Source of the DNA: an archaeon
GTDB taxonomy: Archaea > Nanobdellota > Nanobdellia > WJKC01
DNA length: 35,933 nucleotides
Assembly (NCBI GenBank): GCA_014729335.1
Contig: WJKC01000005.1
Span: forward strand, 1-35,933
Direction of reading: 5' to 3'
Shown: piece by piece, positions 6,809 to 15,311 of the stretch
Layout of the letters: every line of letters begins with the position of its first letter
Position numbering within the stretch: position 1 is the first letter of the stretch
Notes under the pieces: generated by a model
Told to the model about the DNA's origin: nothing
The model's database searches: none
The model's input: only the letters and a program-made list of their open reading frames with translations
Program-made: the position numbers and the translations under genes

Positions 6809-9630
6809 GGCGCAGGGGCCAGTTCTTTATTGCAACAGTGGTTTTAATAGCCTTGACACTGTCTGTCACCACTTTGAACCTGAACGTTCCAAAAGAGTTG
6901 AAGATTAGCCAGTTAATAATCACTGATGAGTCAGTCAGCAACGCCTTGTTTGTTAAGAGGACTCTGGGAGAACTGGGCAATTATTTCAGACAGAACTGGT
7001 TAATGCCTTACACTCATCGGACTGTGATAAGCACTGAGAACAACTTCACCCTGCGTGACTATACAGTAGAAGCTGTTATTAACCTGCCTGATAACGCTTA
7101 CCCTGACGCCCTGATGCTCACTGATGATAGTAACAACCCTGTCCCTTTTAATGTTGAGTGGAGCAACAGGGGTGCTCGTGAAGGAATAATCTATACCCAG
7201 TCAACTGCTAACTCGCTTGATGATAATACTTATTACTTGTACTACACAGTGACCGGCGACGGGGTTGAAGGTTTTAACCAAGAGCAGCAGGTCTTCTACG
7301 GGGAGTCAGGCAACACTATCTGGGTTAGAACCGGTAATTATTACGTTGAGATTGATAAGAACGCCGGCGGGAGCATCAGTTTATTGGAGAACTCTGAGAC
7401 CCAGGACAACCTAGTGCTTTTTGATAACATCATTACCTGTAACTCGGTTGATTATCCTCTAAGCAGCGCTGGCAACCAGGAGGTAACAATCACTGACAAG
7501 GAGTACTACATTAAAGTCGTCTTCACTGGAACCCGGTTTGTTAATGAAACCTATGAGTTAACTCAGTTATTCTTTCCCGATAAGATATTAATCATTGATG
7601 AGATGAGGATAGTATCGCCGTCTGAATGCAACTGGGGTTCAAAACTAGTGGTTGATAAGAATTACCTTATGAACTATGTTGATAGTGAAGGCAACACTTG
7701 GGAGCCGGCGCCGGTCAGGGCTGAGGAGTTCGTGACTAATGGTGAATGGTTTGAGTTATACAGGGGGGCTTATGGTCTGGGGCTGGCAGGAGACAACGCG
7801 TCCCCAATCTATGCTTCATCTGATGCTAGTGAGAACCGGGCTGTAAAGAGAATGTTTAGTTCAGAGACAACAATGTCAGGCACTTATATTAATAATATCA
7901 GTTTAATACCATTAATCAAGATTGGGTTAAACCAGACTAGACAATATAGTAAGACAACCGCCACCACTACTAATCAAGTATTCACTGAGGAGTTGAACGC
8001 TTTATTTGAATTACTTGATAATTACTTCTATGATGTTAACGCCGTGGTCACTCATAACGAGGAGATTGGGGTTTTTGATGAAGGGTATCGTAATATCACT
8101 TCATGGTTCAGCAACTATACAACCAGGAACCTGTTCTTCACCTCAGGACCTAATTCACTGGTGCCGCTTGAAACTGGTTTGTCACTAAAACAAGGGTTTG
8201 ATCCTAACTCAGTTGCTTTTTATAGCAAGGGCTTAATACCTCACCAGGTGAGCACTGATAATTATCACAACTCGTCCTGTTTTAAGTCACTTAATAATTC
8301 TATTGTGAATCACTCGTTATTATTATTCAACCCTGACGGGCAGTCGTTTGACGTCACTATCACTAAACAGGGAGCTAATGATTTAACAACCAGTATTTAC
8401 TACCCTAATGGCTCGCTAATTAATGATTTTACTTTCAACACCAGCCCTTACAGCCTTGGTTTGATTAACCCTTCTCAAGCAGGTTTTTACCAGTTTGATT
8501 TTAATGGTTCTGACACTTTCTCAATTAACTCAACCCTTCCTAAAACCATTGTGCGGACGCCGGTTGGTTTATCAAATAACAGTCCTTTAAAATTAGTTGT
8601 TGATGAAGGAGTTGACTTAATAGAAATAAACATAACTACTTACTCATCTAACACTCAATTATTTGAATTATATAACTCTCTTGGTAACAAGGTTTATAAC
8701 CTCACCCACTCAGCTCCCGGCGCTTCACAGTTTAACGTGTCAGTAACGCCCTGCATTAGCAGCTGTGCTTACGAGTTAAGAATCAGCAACCCCGGACCCT
8801 TCATGTTTAACACCTCGCCGATTAACTACGTCAGCTTCAGTGATGACTACCTGATTAACCCCGAGAGCCCTGAAATCACCCTAGTAAGCGTCAGCAAGCC
8901 AGGAACTAAGTACGTTTACTATGATACTAATACTTCAATTAACAAACCAGTTTATACTAGTGACCTGGTATACTCTGAGAGCGACTTCGAGGTTAATAAC
9001 TCTTTTATCAGCTTTGACCTTGATGACCTTGAATTCTATTACGCGGGGCGTGAATGGCTTGGGTCAAGGGGCTGGACCAGCTGCACAACAAGCTGTGTTA
9101 ACTCATTCAGTGACTTAAGGTTTGTTGAAAAGGGCAGCGAGCGGGTTGTTGTTGAAGCTGATACAAGCGTGGGGGTTAAGTACTTGTTCCACTTCTATCC
9201 TAACACTTCTTACTTTAAAATCACCACTAATGCCAGCTCCAGTCACTCTTTTGGTCCTGGGTGGAGGGTTAATAATACTGACGACCTTTACTATTCATTC
9301 AAGGACTCAGGCTCCAAGTTATTAGGAGACGCTAATAATTACTTGTTTAAACATAATCTTACTGGGCCGCGCTCTTACGTTACTAAGAGTGATGAGTCAT
9401 GCAGTGCTTCAATAATACTTGACACCAATGTCTTGGAAGCTAATAATTCAGTGAAGATTAATGACACCTCAATCATAATAAAAGCTTACAAGCCAGGCAC
9501 TTACGGCTTCCTGGTCAACGAGGGCGCTGCTGATTACCTTGAATCAGTCATCACTAACCAGTATGGCTTAAGAGTCAGGTATGTTTATGACTCAAGCACC
9601 CTGGTCATGAACGGGGACTTATTTACTTAA
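6805..9630 (+). CDS. Very large prepilin-like/adhesin-like secreted protein, 941 aa
   Basis: N-terminus MRRRG/QFFIATVVLIALTLSVTTL is a textbook class III signal pattern (basic, G, Q, hydrophobic run). The remaining ~900 aa are Asn/Thr/Ser/Tyr-rich with many N-x-S/T sequons and no other TM. It is the last gene of the operon. Confidence 0.6.
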   Translation: MRRRGQFFIATVVLIALTLSVTTLNLNVPKELKISQLIITDESVSNALFVKRTLGELGNYFRQNWLMPYTHRTVISTENNFTLRDYTVEAVINLPDNAYPDALMLTDDSNNPVPFNVEWSNRGAREGIIYTQSTANSLDDNTYYLYYTVTGDGVEGFNQEQQVFYGESGNTIWVRTGNYYVEIDKNAGGSISLLENSETQDNLVLFDNIITCNSVDYPLSSAGNQEVTITDKEYYIKVVFTGTRFVNETYELTQLFFPDKILIIDEMRIVSPSECNWGSKLVVDKNYLMNYVDSEGNTWEPAPVRAEEFVTNGEWFELYRGAYGLGLAGDNASPIYASSDASENRAVKRMFSSETTMSGTYINNISLIPLIKIGLNQTRQYSKTTATTTNQVFTEELNALFELLDNYFYDVNAVVTHNEEIGVFDEGYRNITSWFSNYTTRNLFFTSGPNSLVPLETGLSLKQGFDPNSVAFYSKGLIPHQVSTDNYHNSSCFKSLNNSIVNHSLLLFNPDGQSFDVTITKQGANDLTTSIYYPNGSLINDFTFNTSPYSLGLINPSQAGFYQFDFNGSDTFSINSTLPKTIVRTPVGLSNNSPLKLVVDEGVDLIEINITTYSSNTQLFELYNSLGNKVYNLTHSAPGASQFNVSVTPCISSCAYELRISNPGPFMFNTSPINYVSFSDDYLINPESPEITLVSVSKPGTKYVYYDTNTSINKPVYTSDLVYSESDFEVNNSFISFDLDDLEFYYAGREWLGSRGWTSCTTSCVNSFSDLRFVEKGSERVVVEADTSVGVKYLFHFYPNTSYFKITTNASSSHSFGPGWRVNNTDDLYYSFKDSGSKLLGDANNYLFKHNLTGPRSYVTKSDESCSASIILDTNVLEANNSVKINDTSIIIKAYKPGTYGFLVNEGAADYLESVITNQYGLRVRYVYDSSTLVMNGDLFT

Positions 9631-10787
9631 ATGCTTTTTATCTCATCAGTTGTTAATTCATAATTCTCTACAAAACCCTCATTCTTAGCTAATATCTTAA
9701 TAAACGGCAGTACTTCAAGAGTCTTGCTGATTGAAGCATTAATTGATGACTGCAGTTTCTGAGCTAACTGCTTCCTTAACTCCCGCCTGTGCTTGCTCTT
9801 CCATAACTTCAGTATCTTGGTTGGCTTATCATATCTTACAAAACCCGAGCTGGTTTCTTTGGAAGCGTTCACGCCCGCAGTCATGAAAAGGTTAACGTAG
9901 AAAAGGAACCGCCAGTACTGCTGCCTCATTATCCGGCCGTTAAAGACATCTGCTCTTGATAAAGCGTTGAAAGCATTAGCCAGCTCTGAGCCCTTGTTAA
10001 ACTCTTTAGCCAGGTTCTCTAACACCCACAGCATCTTGGTGCTCATGTCAAGGTTAACCTCATCCAGTGAATGAACTGCTTCAGCGAACTGCTTTGTATT
10101 AAACAGTGTCTTCAGCCCGTTAAAGATTGATACTGGTTTCCTTCTAAAACCCATGGCGTCTAGTTCGTGCTCAGTGACCTCGCCGTCGCCTGACAGCATC
10201 TCTAGGTTATTAATAGCTGCCCTGACATCACCGTTAGCATTAGATGCTATTGAGTACAAGACTGAGTCAACCACTTTAACCCCTTCTACCTCACTAATAC
10301 TCCTCAGTATCTTCTTTATAGTTGAAGCCCTAACCTTTCTTAACTCAACCATTCTGCAGTAACCTCTAAGAGTTCTTAACTTGCTGTCCCATGGGTCAAT
10401 TGCTGTCAGGAAGATTGGGGTCCGGGTCTTTTTAATACAGTTTATTAACTCAGTGATGCCGCCCCGGTCCCTGGCGTTCAACGAGTCAACATCATCTATT
10501 AGTATTATCCTCTTGCCGAACAAGCTCATAGTAACTGAGGCGTTGCCGACAATTCTTTTAATCGCGTCCCTGTTCCTTATGTTGCTGGCGTTTAACTCCA
10601 CTAACTCGTAGCCACGCTCCCTTGCCAGTGCGTGGATGCTGCAGGTCTTGCCAGTGCCGGCTGGCCCGTGTATTAACAAAGCCTTCTTCTTAGGATTATT
10701 CTCTGCGTGCTTGATAATTGGCGTCAAGTTATGTCCGAGCACTTCCTTGATAGTTTTAGGAGAGTACTTCTCAAACCAAGGCGTCAA
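9627..10787 (-). CDS. rfcL: Replication factor C large subunit
   Basis: AAA+ clamp-loader motifs: Walker A LLIHGPAGTGKTCS and Walker B ILIDDVD, plus a C-terminal helical domain. It lies immediately downstream of the small subunit on the same strand. Confidence 0.85.
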   Translation of the reverse strand: MTPWFEKYSPKTIKEVLGHNLTPIIKHAENNPKKKALLIHGPAGTGKTCSIHALARERGYELVELNASNIRNRDAIKRIVGNASVTMSLFGKRIILIDDVDSLNARDRGGITELINCIKKTRTPIFLTAIDPWDSKLRTLRGYCRMVELRKVRASTIKKILRSISEVEGVKVVDSVLYSIASNANGDVRAAINNLEMLSGDGEVTEHELDAMGFRRKPVSIFNGLKTLFNTKQFAEAVHSLDEVNLDMSTKMLWVLENLAKEFNKGSELANAFNALSRADVFNGRIMRQQYWRFLFYVNLFMTAGVNASKETSSGFVRYDKPTKILKLWKSKHRRELRKQLAQKLQSSINASISKTLEVLPFIKILAKNEGFVENYELTTDEIKSI

Positions 10788-10789
10788 TA

Positions 10790-11758
10790 TTAACCACCTC
10801 TTCCTAATAAGTAGAACTGCGCCAGCAACGCGTCGAGCTGCAAGTACTCATCCGAGCCCTCAACCATTCTGAACTCGTACTCGCCTATCCGGTCTAATAG
10901 TTTAACTTTTAATTTATTATCAAGGTCTAGTTTCATTACCATTGACTGCACTTGCTTTATTGCATCTATACCTGACAAACCGTACTTAAGCATGACGTCA
11001 AATAATAACTTCCTGGCTTGAGTAAAGGAGCCTTTAAGTGCCAGCTGCACCACTTTCTCCATCTCTTTTGGCCGGGCATAAGACGCTACCTCGTAGATTA
11101 ATGACTCGTTTATCTTTTTTGAAACACTAGCGCTTGATTGAAGAATGTTCAGAGCCTTCCGCAGGTCGCCGCCTGACACTAGGTAGACAGCTTTTAATGC
11201 TTCTTTATCAGCTTTTAACTCTTCCTTCTTTATTATCCCCTTCAGGTAGTCAATTACTGAGTTCTCATCCAATGGCTTGAATCGGAAAACCGCGCACCTT
11301 GACTGTATTGGGTCAATAATCTTTGACGAGTAGTTGCAGTCAAGGATGAACCGGCAGCTGTTAGCGTATAACTCCATTGTCCTTCTTAAGGCGTGCTGAG
11401 CATCCTTGGTTAATGAGTCAGCCTCGTCTAATAGTATGACTTTGAAATTAATATCACCTAACGGCATTGTGCGGGCAAAATCTTTTATCTTGCCCCTGAC
11501 AACGTCTATGCCTCTCTCATCGCTCGCATTGGTCTCCATGAAGTTCATGCGCCATTGGTCGCCGTATAAACCCCTGGCTATGCACGTGGCGCTCGTGGTC
11601 TTGCCAGTGCCGGCTGGGCCTGAGAATAACAAGTGGGGCATGTTCTTGTTAGAGACGAATGATTTCAGCCTCTTAACTATGCTTGTCTGACCAAAAACCT
11701 CGTTTAATACCTGAGGGCGGTATTTCTCAACCCATAATTTCATATTAGTAATTGTCAA
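10790..11758 (-). CDS. rfcS: Replication factor C small subunit
   Basis: N-terminal WVEKYRP, Walker A LLFSGPAGTGKTTSA, DEAD-type Walker B ILLDEADSLT and SRC motif IQSRCAVFRF. No intein is present. Confidence 0.9.
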   Translation of the reverse strand: MTITNMKLWVEKYRPQVLNEVFGQTSIVKRLKSFVSNKNMPHLLFSGPAGTGKTTSATCIARGLYGDQWRMNFMETNASDERGIDVVRGKIKDFARTMPLGDINFKVILLDEADSLTKDAQHALRRTMELYANSCRFILDCNYSSKIIDPIQSRCAVFRFKPLDENSVIDYLKGIIKKEELKADKEALKAVYLVSGGDLRKALNILQSSASVSKKINESLIYEVASYARPKEMEKVVQLALKGSFTQARKLLFDVMLKYGLSGIDAIKQVQSMVMKLDLDNKLKVKLLDRIGEYEFRMVEGSDEYLQLDALLAQFYLLGRGG

Positions 11759-11836
11759 TTAATATTATTCTTAAAAATATTTATGTAGGGTAGTGACCGT
11801 TATTGCAGGTAAGCTAGCCTTTATAAAGGATGAGTC

Positions 11837-11844
11837 TTTATAAA
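11837..11844 (+). promoter_or_regulatory. TATA box for tbp (tttataaa)
   Basis: tttataaa is centred about 27 nt upstream of the TTG start at 11869. A second copy, ctttataaagg, lies at 11819-11829. The same intergenic region carries taaatattttt on the minus strand about 26 nt upstream of the rfcS ATG, making this a divergent promoter region. Confidence 0.5.
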
Positions 11845-11868
11845 TGATTAATTAGGGGGGAACCTAAA

Positions 11869-12408
11869 TTGTTAAAAGATGTTAAAGTAGAGAATGTAGT
11901 TGCAAGTGTTACTTTAAGCATGGATATTCCTCTTGAGAAGATGGCGATGAGCCTGGTTAACACTGAGTACAACCCAGAGCAGTTCCCGGGCTTAGTCCTG
12001 AGATTAAAACATATTGGCATCACTGCCCTTGTGTTTAGCAGCGGCAAGCTGGTATGCACTGGAGCTAAGAGCGCTGAGATGGTTAAGGTCGGTGTGAAGG
12101 AGATACTGAAGGAGTTGAAGAAGATTGGCTTGACCACTAAGAAGGAGCCTGAGATAACCATTCAGAACATGGTTGCGAGCGGCAACATCCATATGAAGCT
12201 GAACCTTAACAAACTGGCTTTCAAGCTGCCTAATGCTGAGTACGCGCCTGAGACCTTCCCGGGCCTGGTTTATAAGGTGCCTGACTCGCACATAACCTTC
12301 CTGTTGTTCGGCACTGGCAGGATAGTATGCACCGGAGCTAAGAATGAGAAAGAGGTTGAAGAGGCAGTGAAGGACCTGAAGAAGAAGATCCAAGAAGTAA
12401 TTAAATAA
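11869..12408 (+). CDS. tbp: TATA-box binding protein
   Basis: Two TBP repeats are present: ENVVASV...FPGLVLRL...SGKLVCTGAKS and QNMVASG...FPGLVYKV...TGRIVCTGAKN. A TTG start is required because the first in-frame ATG would truncate repeat 1. Confidence 0.92.
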   Translation: MLKDVKVENVVASVTLSMDIPLEKMAMSLVNTEYNPEQFPGLVLRLKHIGITALVFSSGKLVCTGAKSAEMVKVGVKEILKELKKIGLTTKKEPEITIQNMVASGNIHMKLNLNKLAFKLPNAEYAPETFPGLVYKVPDSHITFLLFGTGRIVCTGAKNEKEVEEAVKDLKKKIQEVIK

Positions 12409-12414
12409 ATTCTA

Positions 12415-12437
12415 TTTTTTTTTCTATTATTTTTTTT
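12415..12437 (+). terminator. Oligo-T termination tract after tbp
   Basis: A T9 run (12415-12423) and a T8 run (12430-12437) lie directly after the tbp stop. Archaeal RNAP terminates at oligo-T tracts. Confidence 0.5.
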
Positions 12438-12520
12438 CTCCATTTGAAGTAAGGGACTTGCGGACTAGCAATAAATATTTATTTAAACCCGTGGCTTAAT
12501 GATTAGTGTGGGGAGGATTA

Positions 12521-14521
12521 ATGAAATTAATTAACACTTTCAAGTCGTTTATCACCAAGAACTATGGCAAGAAGGTATCTAAAGCTGTTAAGATGGGTGA
12601 CAGCTTCTTCATTGACTTCAAGGAGCTTGACCTGCAGGAGCAGGAACTAGCTGATGAACTGCTTAATAACCCTAAAGAAACGCTCCAGGCTTTTCAGACA
12701 GCTTATGACGAGCTTGAATTCTCCTTAATCCCGCGGTTCATCAACCTGCCGGAGACTAATTCAATTAAGATTAAGAACATCAGGACCAAGAACTTGAACA
12801 AGCTGATTCAGATTGAGGGGATTGTACGGCAGGCAAGCGAGGTCAGGCCAGCGAGCGCGTCAATAATATTTGAATGCCCTGCCTGTGCTCAGAAGATAAT
12901 TGAGCCGCAGGAGAGCAACCGGGTCAGCTCTCCTAAGAGGTGCCCTAACTGTGGGCGTATGGGCAAGTTCTCAGTGGTTGATAAGAAACTAATTGACACC
13001 CAGCGGTTAATCCTTGAAGAGTCGCCTGAGAAGATGGAGGGCGGTGAGCAGCCGCAGCGGATTAATATTATTTTAAAAGATGATTTAGTTGACCCAACAA
13101 TTGTTAAGAAGACCTGTCCTGGCAGCAAGGTTGAAGTCACAGGGGTGTTGCAGGAAGTTCCTATCTACCTAAGGAGCGGCGGTAAGAGCAATCGTTTTGA
13201 CTTACTAATACAGGCTAACGCTGTTAACCCAATAGAGTATGAGTTCGATGACATTGACATCTCTAAAAAGGATGAGAAGAAGATTATGAAGTTCGCCAGC
13301 AGCGGCAAGATTCATGAGAAACTAGTTGATAACATCGCGCCTAACATTTATGGTTATGAAGAGATTAAGGAGGCAATTGCTATTCAGTTATTCGGCGGTG
13401 TTCGTAAGATTAGGGATGATGGGACCAAGGTAAGGGGTGACATTCACATATTATTAGTCGGCGACCCAGGGGTTAGCAAGACCCAGATGCTTAGCTACGT
13501 AGCTCAGATAGCACCCAAGGCTCGTTATGTTAGCGGCAAGGCAAGCACTGCCGCGGGCTTAACTGCCAGTGTTGTGAAGGACGAGTTTGTTAAGGGGTGG
13601 AGTCTTGAGGCGGGCGCGTTAGTACTGGCTAACAAGGGCATCGCATTGATTGACGAGCTTGATAAGATGACCACTGAGGACCGGAGCGCTCTTCACGAGG
13701 GGCTTGAGTCGCAGACAATCACTATCAGCAAGGCTAATATCCAGGCAACGCTTAACTGCCAGACCAGCGTACTTGCAGCAGCTAACCCTAAGTTCGGGCG
13801 GTTTGACCCATTCGTCCCTATTGCTGAGCAGATTGATATCCCGCCAACACTGCTTAACAGGTTTGACCTAATTTTCCCAATGAGGGATGTGCCAAGCCCT
13901 GACCGGGACTCTAAGATAGCTTCTCACATGCTTGACTCAGCTCAGAACCCTGATAAGGAGCGGGGGGTTATTAATAACGAGTTCCTTAGAAAGTACATTG
14001 CTTATGCTAAGAGAATTAAGCCCGAGATAACTAATAGTGCTATTAAGACGCTGCAGGACTTCTATGTTACGCTGCGTAATAAGAAGATGATGGCTGAGGA
14101 TGAGGTGAGGGCTATACCTGTCAGCCCGCGGCAGTTAGAGGCGTTGGTGAGGATTAGTGAGGGCTGCGCTCGCTTAAGGCTTAGTAAGAAGGTGACTAAG
14201 AAGGATGCTGAGAGGGCTATCAGGTTATTAAAGTATTGTTTGTCAAAGGTGGGTGTTGACCCTGAAACAGGCGAGATTGATATTGACCGGTTGGTGACTG
14301 GTTTCTCTGCTAAGCAGCGGAGTGATATAATGAAGATAAAAGAAGTGATTAATGGGTTAAGTGATAAGTACGGCAACGCCATCCCCACTGATGAAGTGAT
14401 TAACAAGGCTGTTGAGTTAGGTCTTAGTGAGCAGAAAGCTGAGACCCTTATTGAGAAGATGAAGCGTGAAGGCGAGATATTCGAACCAAAGCACGGCGTG
14501 ATAAGAAAACTACCAAGGTAA
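12521..14521 (+). CDS. mcm: MCM replicative helicase
   Basis: Zn motif CPACAQ...CPNCG, Walker A LLVGDPGVSKTQML, Walker B ALIDELDKM, AAANP, arginine-finger region LLNRFDLIF, and a C-terminal winged helix. ATG 12521 is preceded by GGAGG at 12512-12516. The track's GTG at 12506 is an alternative leaderless start. Confidence 0.93.
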   Translation: MKLINTFKSFITKNYGKKVSKAVKMGDSFFIDFKELDLQEQELADELLNNPKETLQAFQTAYDELEFSLIPRFINLPETNSIKIKNIRTKNLNKLIQIEGIVRQASEVRPASASIIFECPACAQKIIEPQESNRVSSPKRCPNCGRMGKFSVVDKKLIDTQRLILEESPEKMEGGEQPQRINIILKDDLVDPTIVKKTCPGSKVEVTGVLQEVPIYLRSGGKSNRFDLLIQANAVNPIEYEFDDIDISKKDEKKIMKFASSGKIHEKLVDNIAPNIYGYEEIKEAIAIQLFGGVRKIRDDGTKVRGDIHILLVGDPGVSKTQMLSYVAQIAPKARYVSGKASTAAGLTASVVKDEFVKGWSLEAGALVLANKGIALIDELDKMTTEDRSALHEGLESQTITISKANIQATLNCQTSVLAAANPKFGRFDPFVPIAEQIDIPPTLLNRFDLIFPMRDVPSPDRDSKIASHMLDSAQNPDKERGVINNEFLRKYIAYAKRIKPEITNSAIKTLQDFYVTLRNKKMMAEDEVRAIPVSPRQLEALVRISEGCARLRLSKKVTKKDAERAIRLLKYCLSKVGVDPETGEIDIDRLVTGFSAKQRSDIMKIKEVINGLSDKYGNAIPTDEVINKAVELGLSEQKAETLIEKMKREGEIFEPKHGVIRKLPR

Positions 14522-14522
14522 A
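14483..14522. repeat. Direct repeat copy 1 (last 36 coding nt of mcm + TAA + 1 nt)
   Basis: gaaccaaagcacggcgtgataagaaaactaccaaggtaaa is identical (40/40) to 14578-14617. Confidence 0.95.
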
Positions 14523-14549
14523 AAGAAAAAAGGGAAGGGGGTAGCGTAG

Positions 14550-14577
14550 GGGGAAACCGCAGGTGTCCCCTCGTTTT
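14550..14577 (+). terminator. G/C hairpin followed by a T4 tract, inside the spacer between the mcm-end repeats
   Basis: GGGGA-a-ACC-gca-GGT-g-TCCCC (14550-14570; 5 bp + 3 bp stem with an A/G mismatch) is followed by cgtttt (14572-14577). The terminator function is inferred. Confidence 0.35.
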
Positions 14578-14617
14578 GAACCAAAGCACGGCGTGATAAG
14601 AAAACTACCAAGGTAAA
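14578..14617. repeat. Direct repeat copy 2 (non-coding duplicate of the mcm 3' end)
   Basis: Perfect 40-nt copy of 14483-14522. The 95-nt offset puts it out of frame with mcm. It is followed immediately by the TATA-like gatttaaatt of the next gene. Confidence 0.95.
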
Positions 14618-14638
14618 GATTTAAATTAGTAGAGGTTA

Positions 14639-15271
14639 ATGAGTTATACAATGTTCACAAAGAGGCACACGGCTTATAAGTTAAGGATAAAGGATATTCT
14701 TAGCAACGATTTTGTTTCAAGGGATGGTGAGAGTGATTACGTATTAGTTAATGACCAGCAGGTGTCAAGGGTTAGGGTTATGGCAACGATTGTTAACCGG
14801 TTCATTAATGATGAGCGTAAGAGCGGCTCGTTAATCATTGATGATGGTTCGGAGGTTATCAGCTTAAGGGGTTGGGAGGACCAGTTCCATATGATTGACA
14901 AAACTGCTATTGGGCAGTTAATTGATGTTGTGGCTCGGGTCAGGGAGTATAATGACCAGGTCTATTTGGTGCCTGAGATAATAAAGAAAGCAAGCCCCAA
15001 CTGCTTCGTGCTCAGGAAATTAGAGTATGATAATCATAAAGGCCCTGTTAAGACTGCTAAGCCTGAAACCAATAAGCCTGAGGAAGAGGATGACGGGTTA
15101 AAAGATAGTGTCTTTAAGAAGATTAAAGATGGCGGGAGCAAAGGTGTTAAGATGGATGAGTTAATCAAGGTCTGCGGTGACAAGAATACTTGCAAGACAG
15201 TGTTGAAGACCTTATTAGAAGAGGATATGATTTTTGAACCAAGGGCTGGCAGGTATAAAAAACTTGAGTGA
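14639..15271 (+). CDS. OB-fold plus C-terminal winged-helix protein (RPA32/Stn1-like putative ssDNA-binding protein)
   Basis: Central OB-like segment is VSRVRVMATIVNRFINDERKSGSLIIDDGSEVISLRGWED...LIDVVARVREYNDQVYLVPEII. An acidic linker follows. The C-terminal wH segment is VKMDELIKVCGDKNTCKTVLKTLLEEDMIFEPRAGRYKKLE. The gene is adjacent to mcm. TATA spacing suggests the start may instead be ATG 14651. Confidence 0.5.
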   Translation: MSYTMFTKRHTAYKLRIKDILSNDFVSRDGESDYVLVNDQQVSRVRVMATIVNRFINDERKSGSLIIDDGSEVISLRGWEDQFHMIDKTAIGQLIDVVARVREYNDQVYLVPEIIKKASPNCFVLRKLEYDNHKGPVKTAKPETNKPEEEDDGLKDSVFKKIKDGGSKGVKMDELIKVCGDKNTCKTVLKTLLEEDMIFEPRAGRYKKLE

Positions 15272-15311
15272 TTATGAATAGCATTATCTGCTAAATAGTT
15301 AATTTATGAGA

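Noticed and set aside
11838-12393. Two minus-strand ORFs (11838..12161 and 12004..12393) of 107 and 129 aa opposite tbp.
   Set aside because: The plus strand encodes an unmistakable two-repeat TBP, and the antisense translations have no recognisable features. Long antisense ORFs arise readily opposite real genes.
11759-12520. Possible replication origin, given the clustering of rfcL/rfcS, tbp, mcm and an OB-fold gene, with AT-rich intergenic regions.
   Set aside because: No Orc1/Cdc6 gene is in the window and no ORB-like inverted repeats are present. The AT-rich and oligo-T stretches are explained by divergent promoters and a terminator.
14530-14554. Possible G-quadruplex in the mcm-repeat spacer (ggg aa ggggg tagcgta ggggg).
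   Set aside because: Only three G-tracts of at least 3 nt are present on one strand, and a fourth is missing. The downstream G-run pairs better in the hairpin with tcccc.
14062-14651. Minus-strand ORFs 14062..14589 (175 aa) and 14448..14651 (67 aa) spanning the mcm 3' end and its duplicated copy.
   Set aside because: They are antisense to the conserved MCM C-terminus. Their shared peptide LGSFLITPCFGS simply reflects the 40-nt DNA duplication. There is no independent coding evidence.
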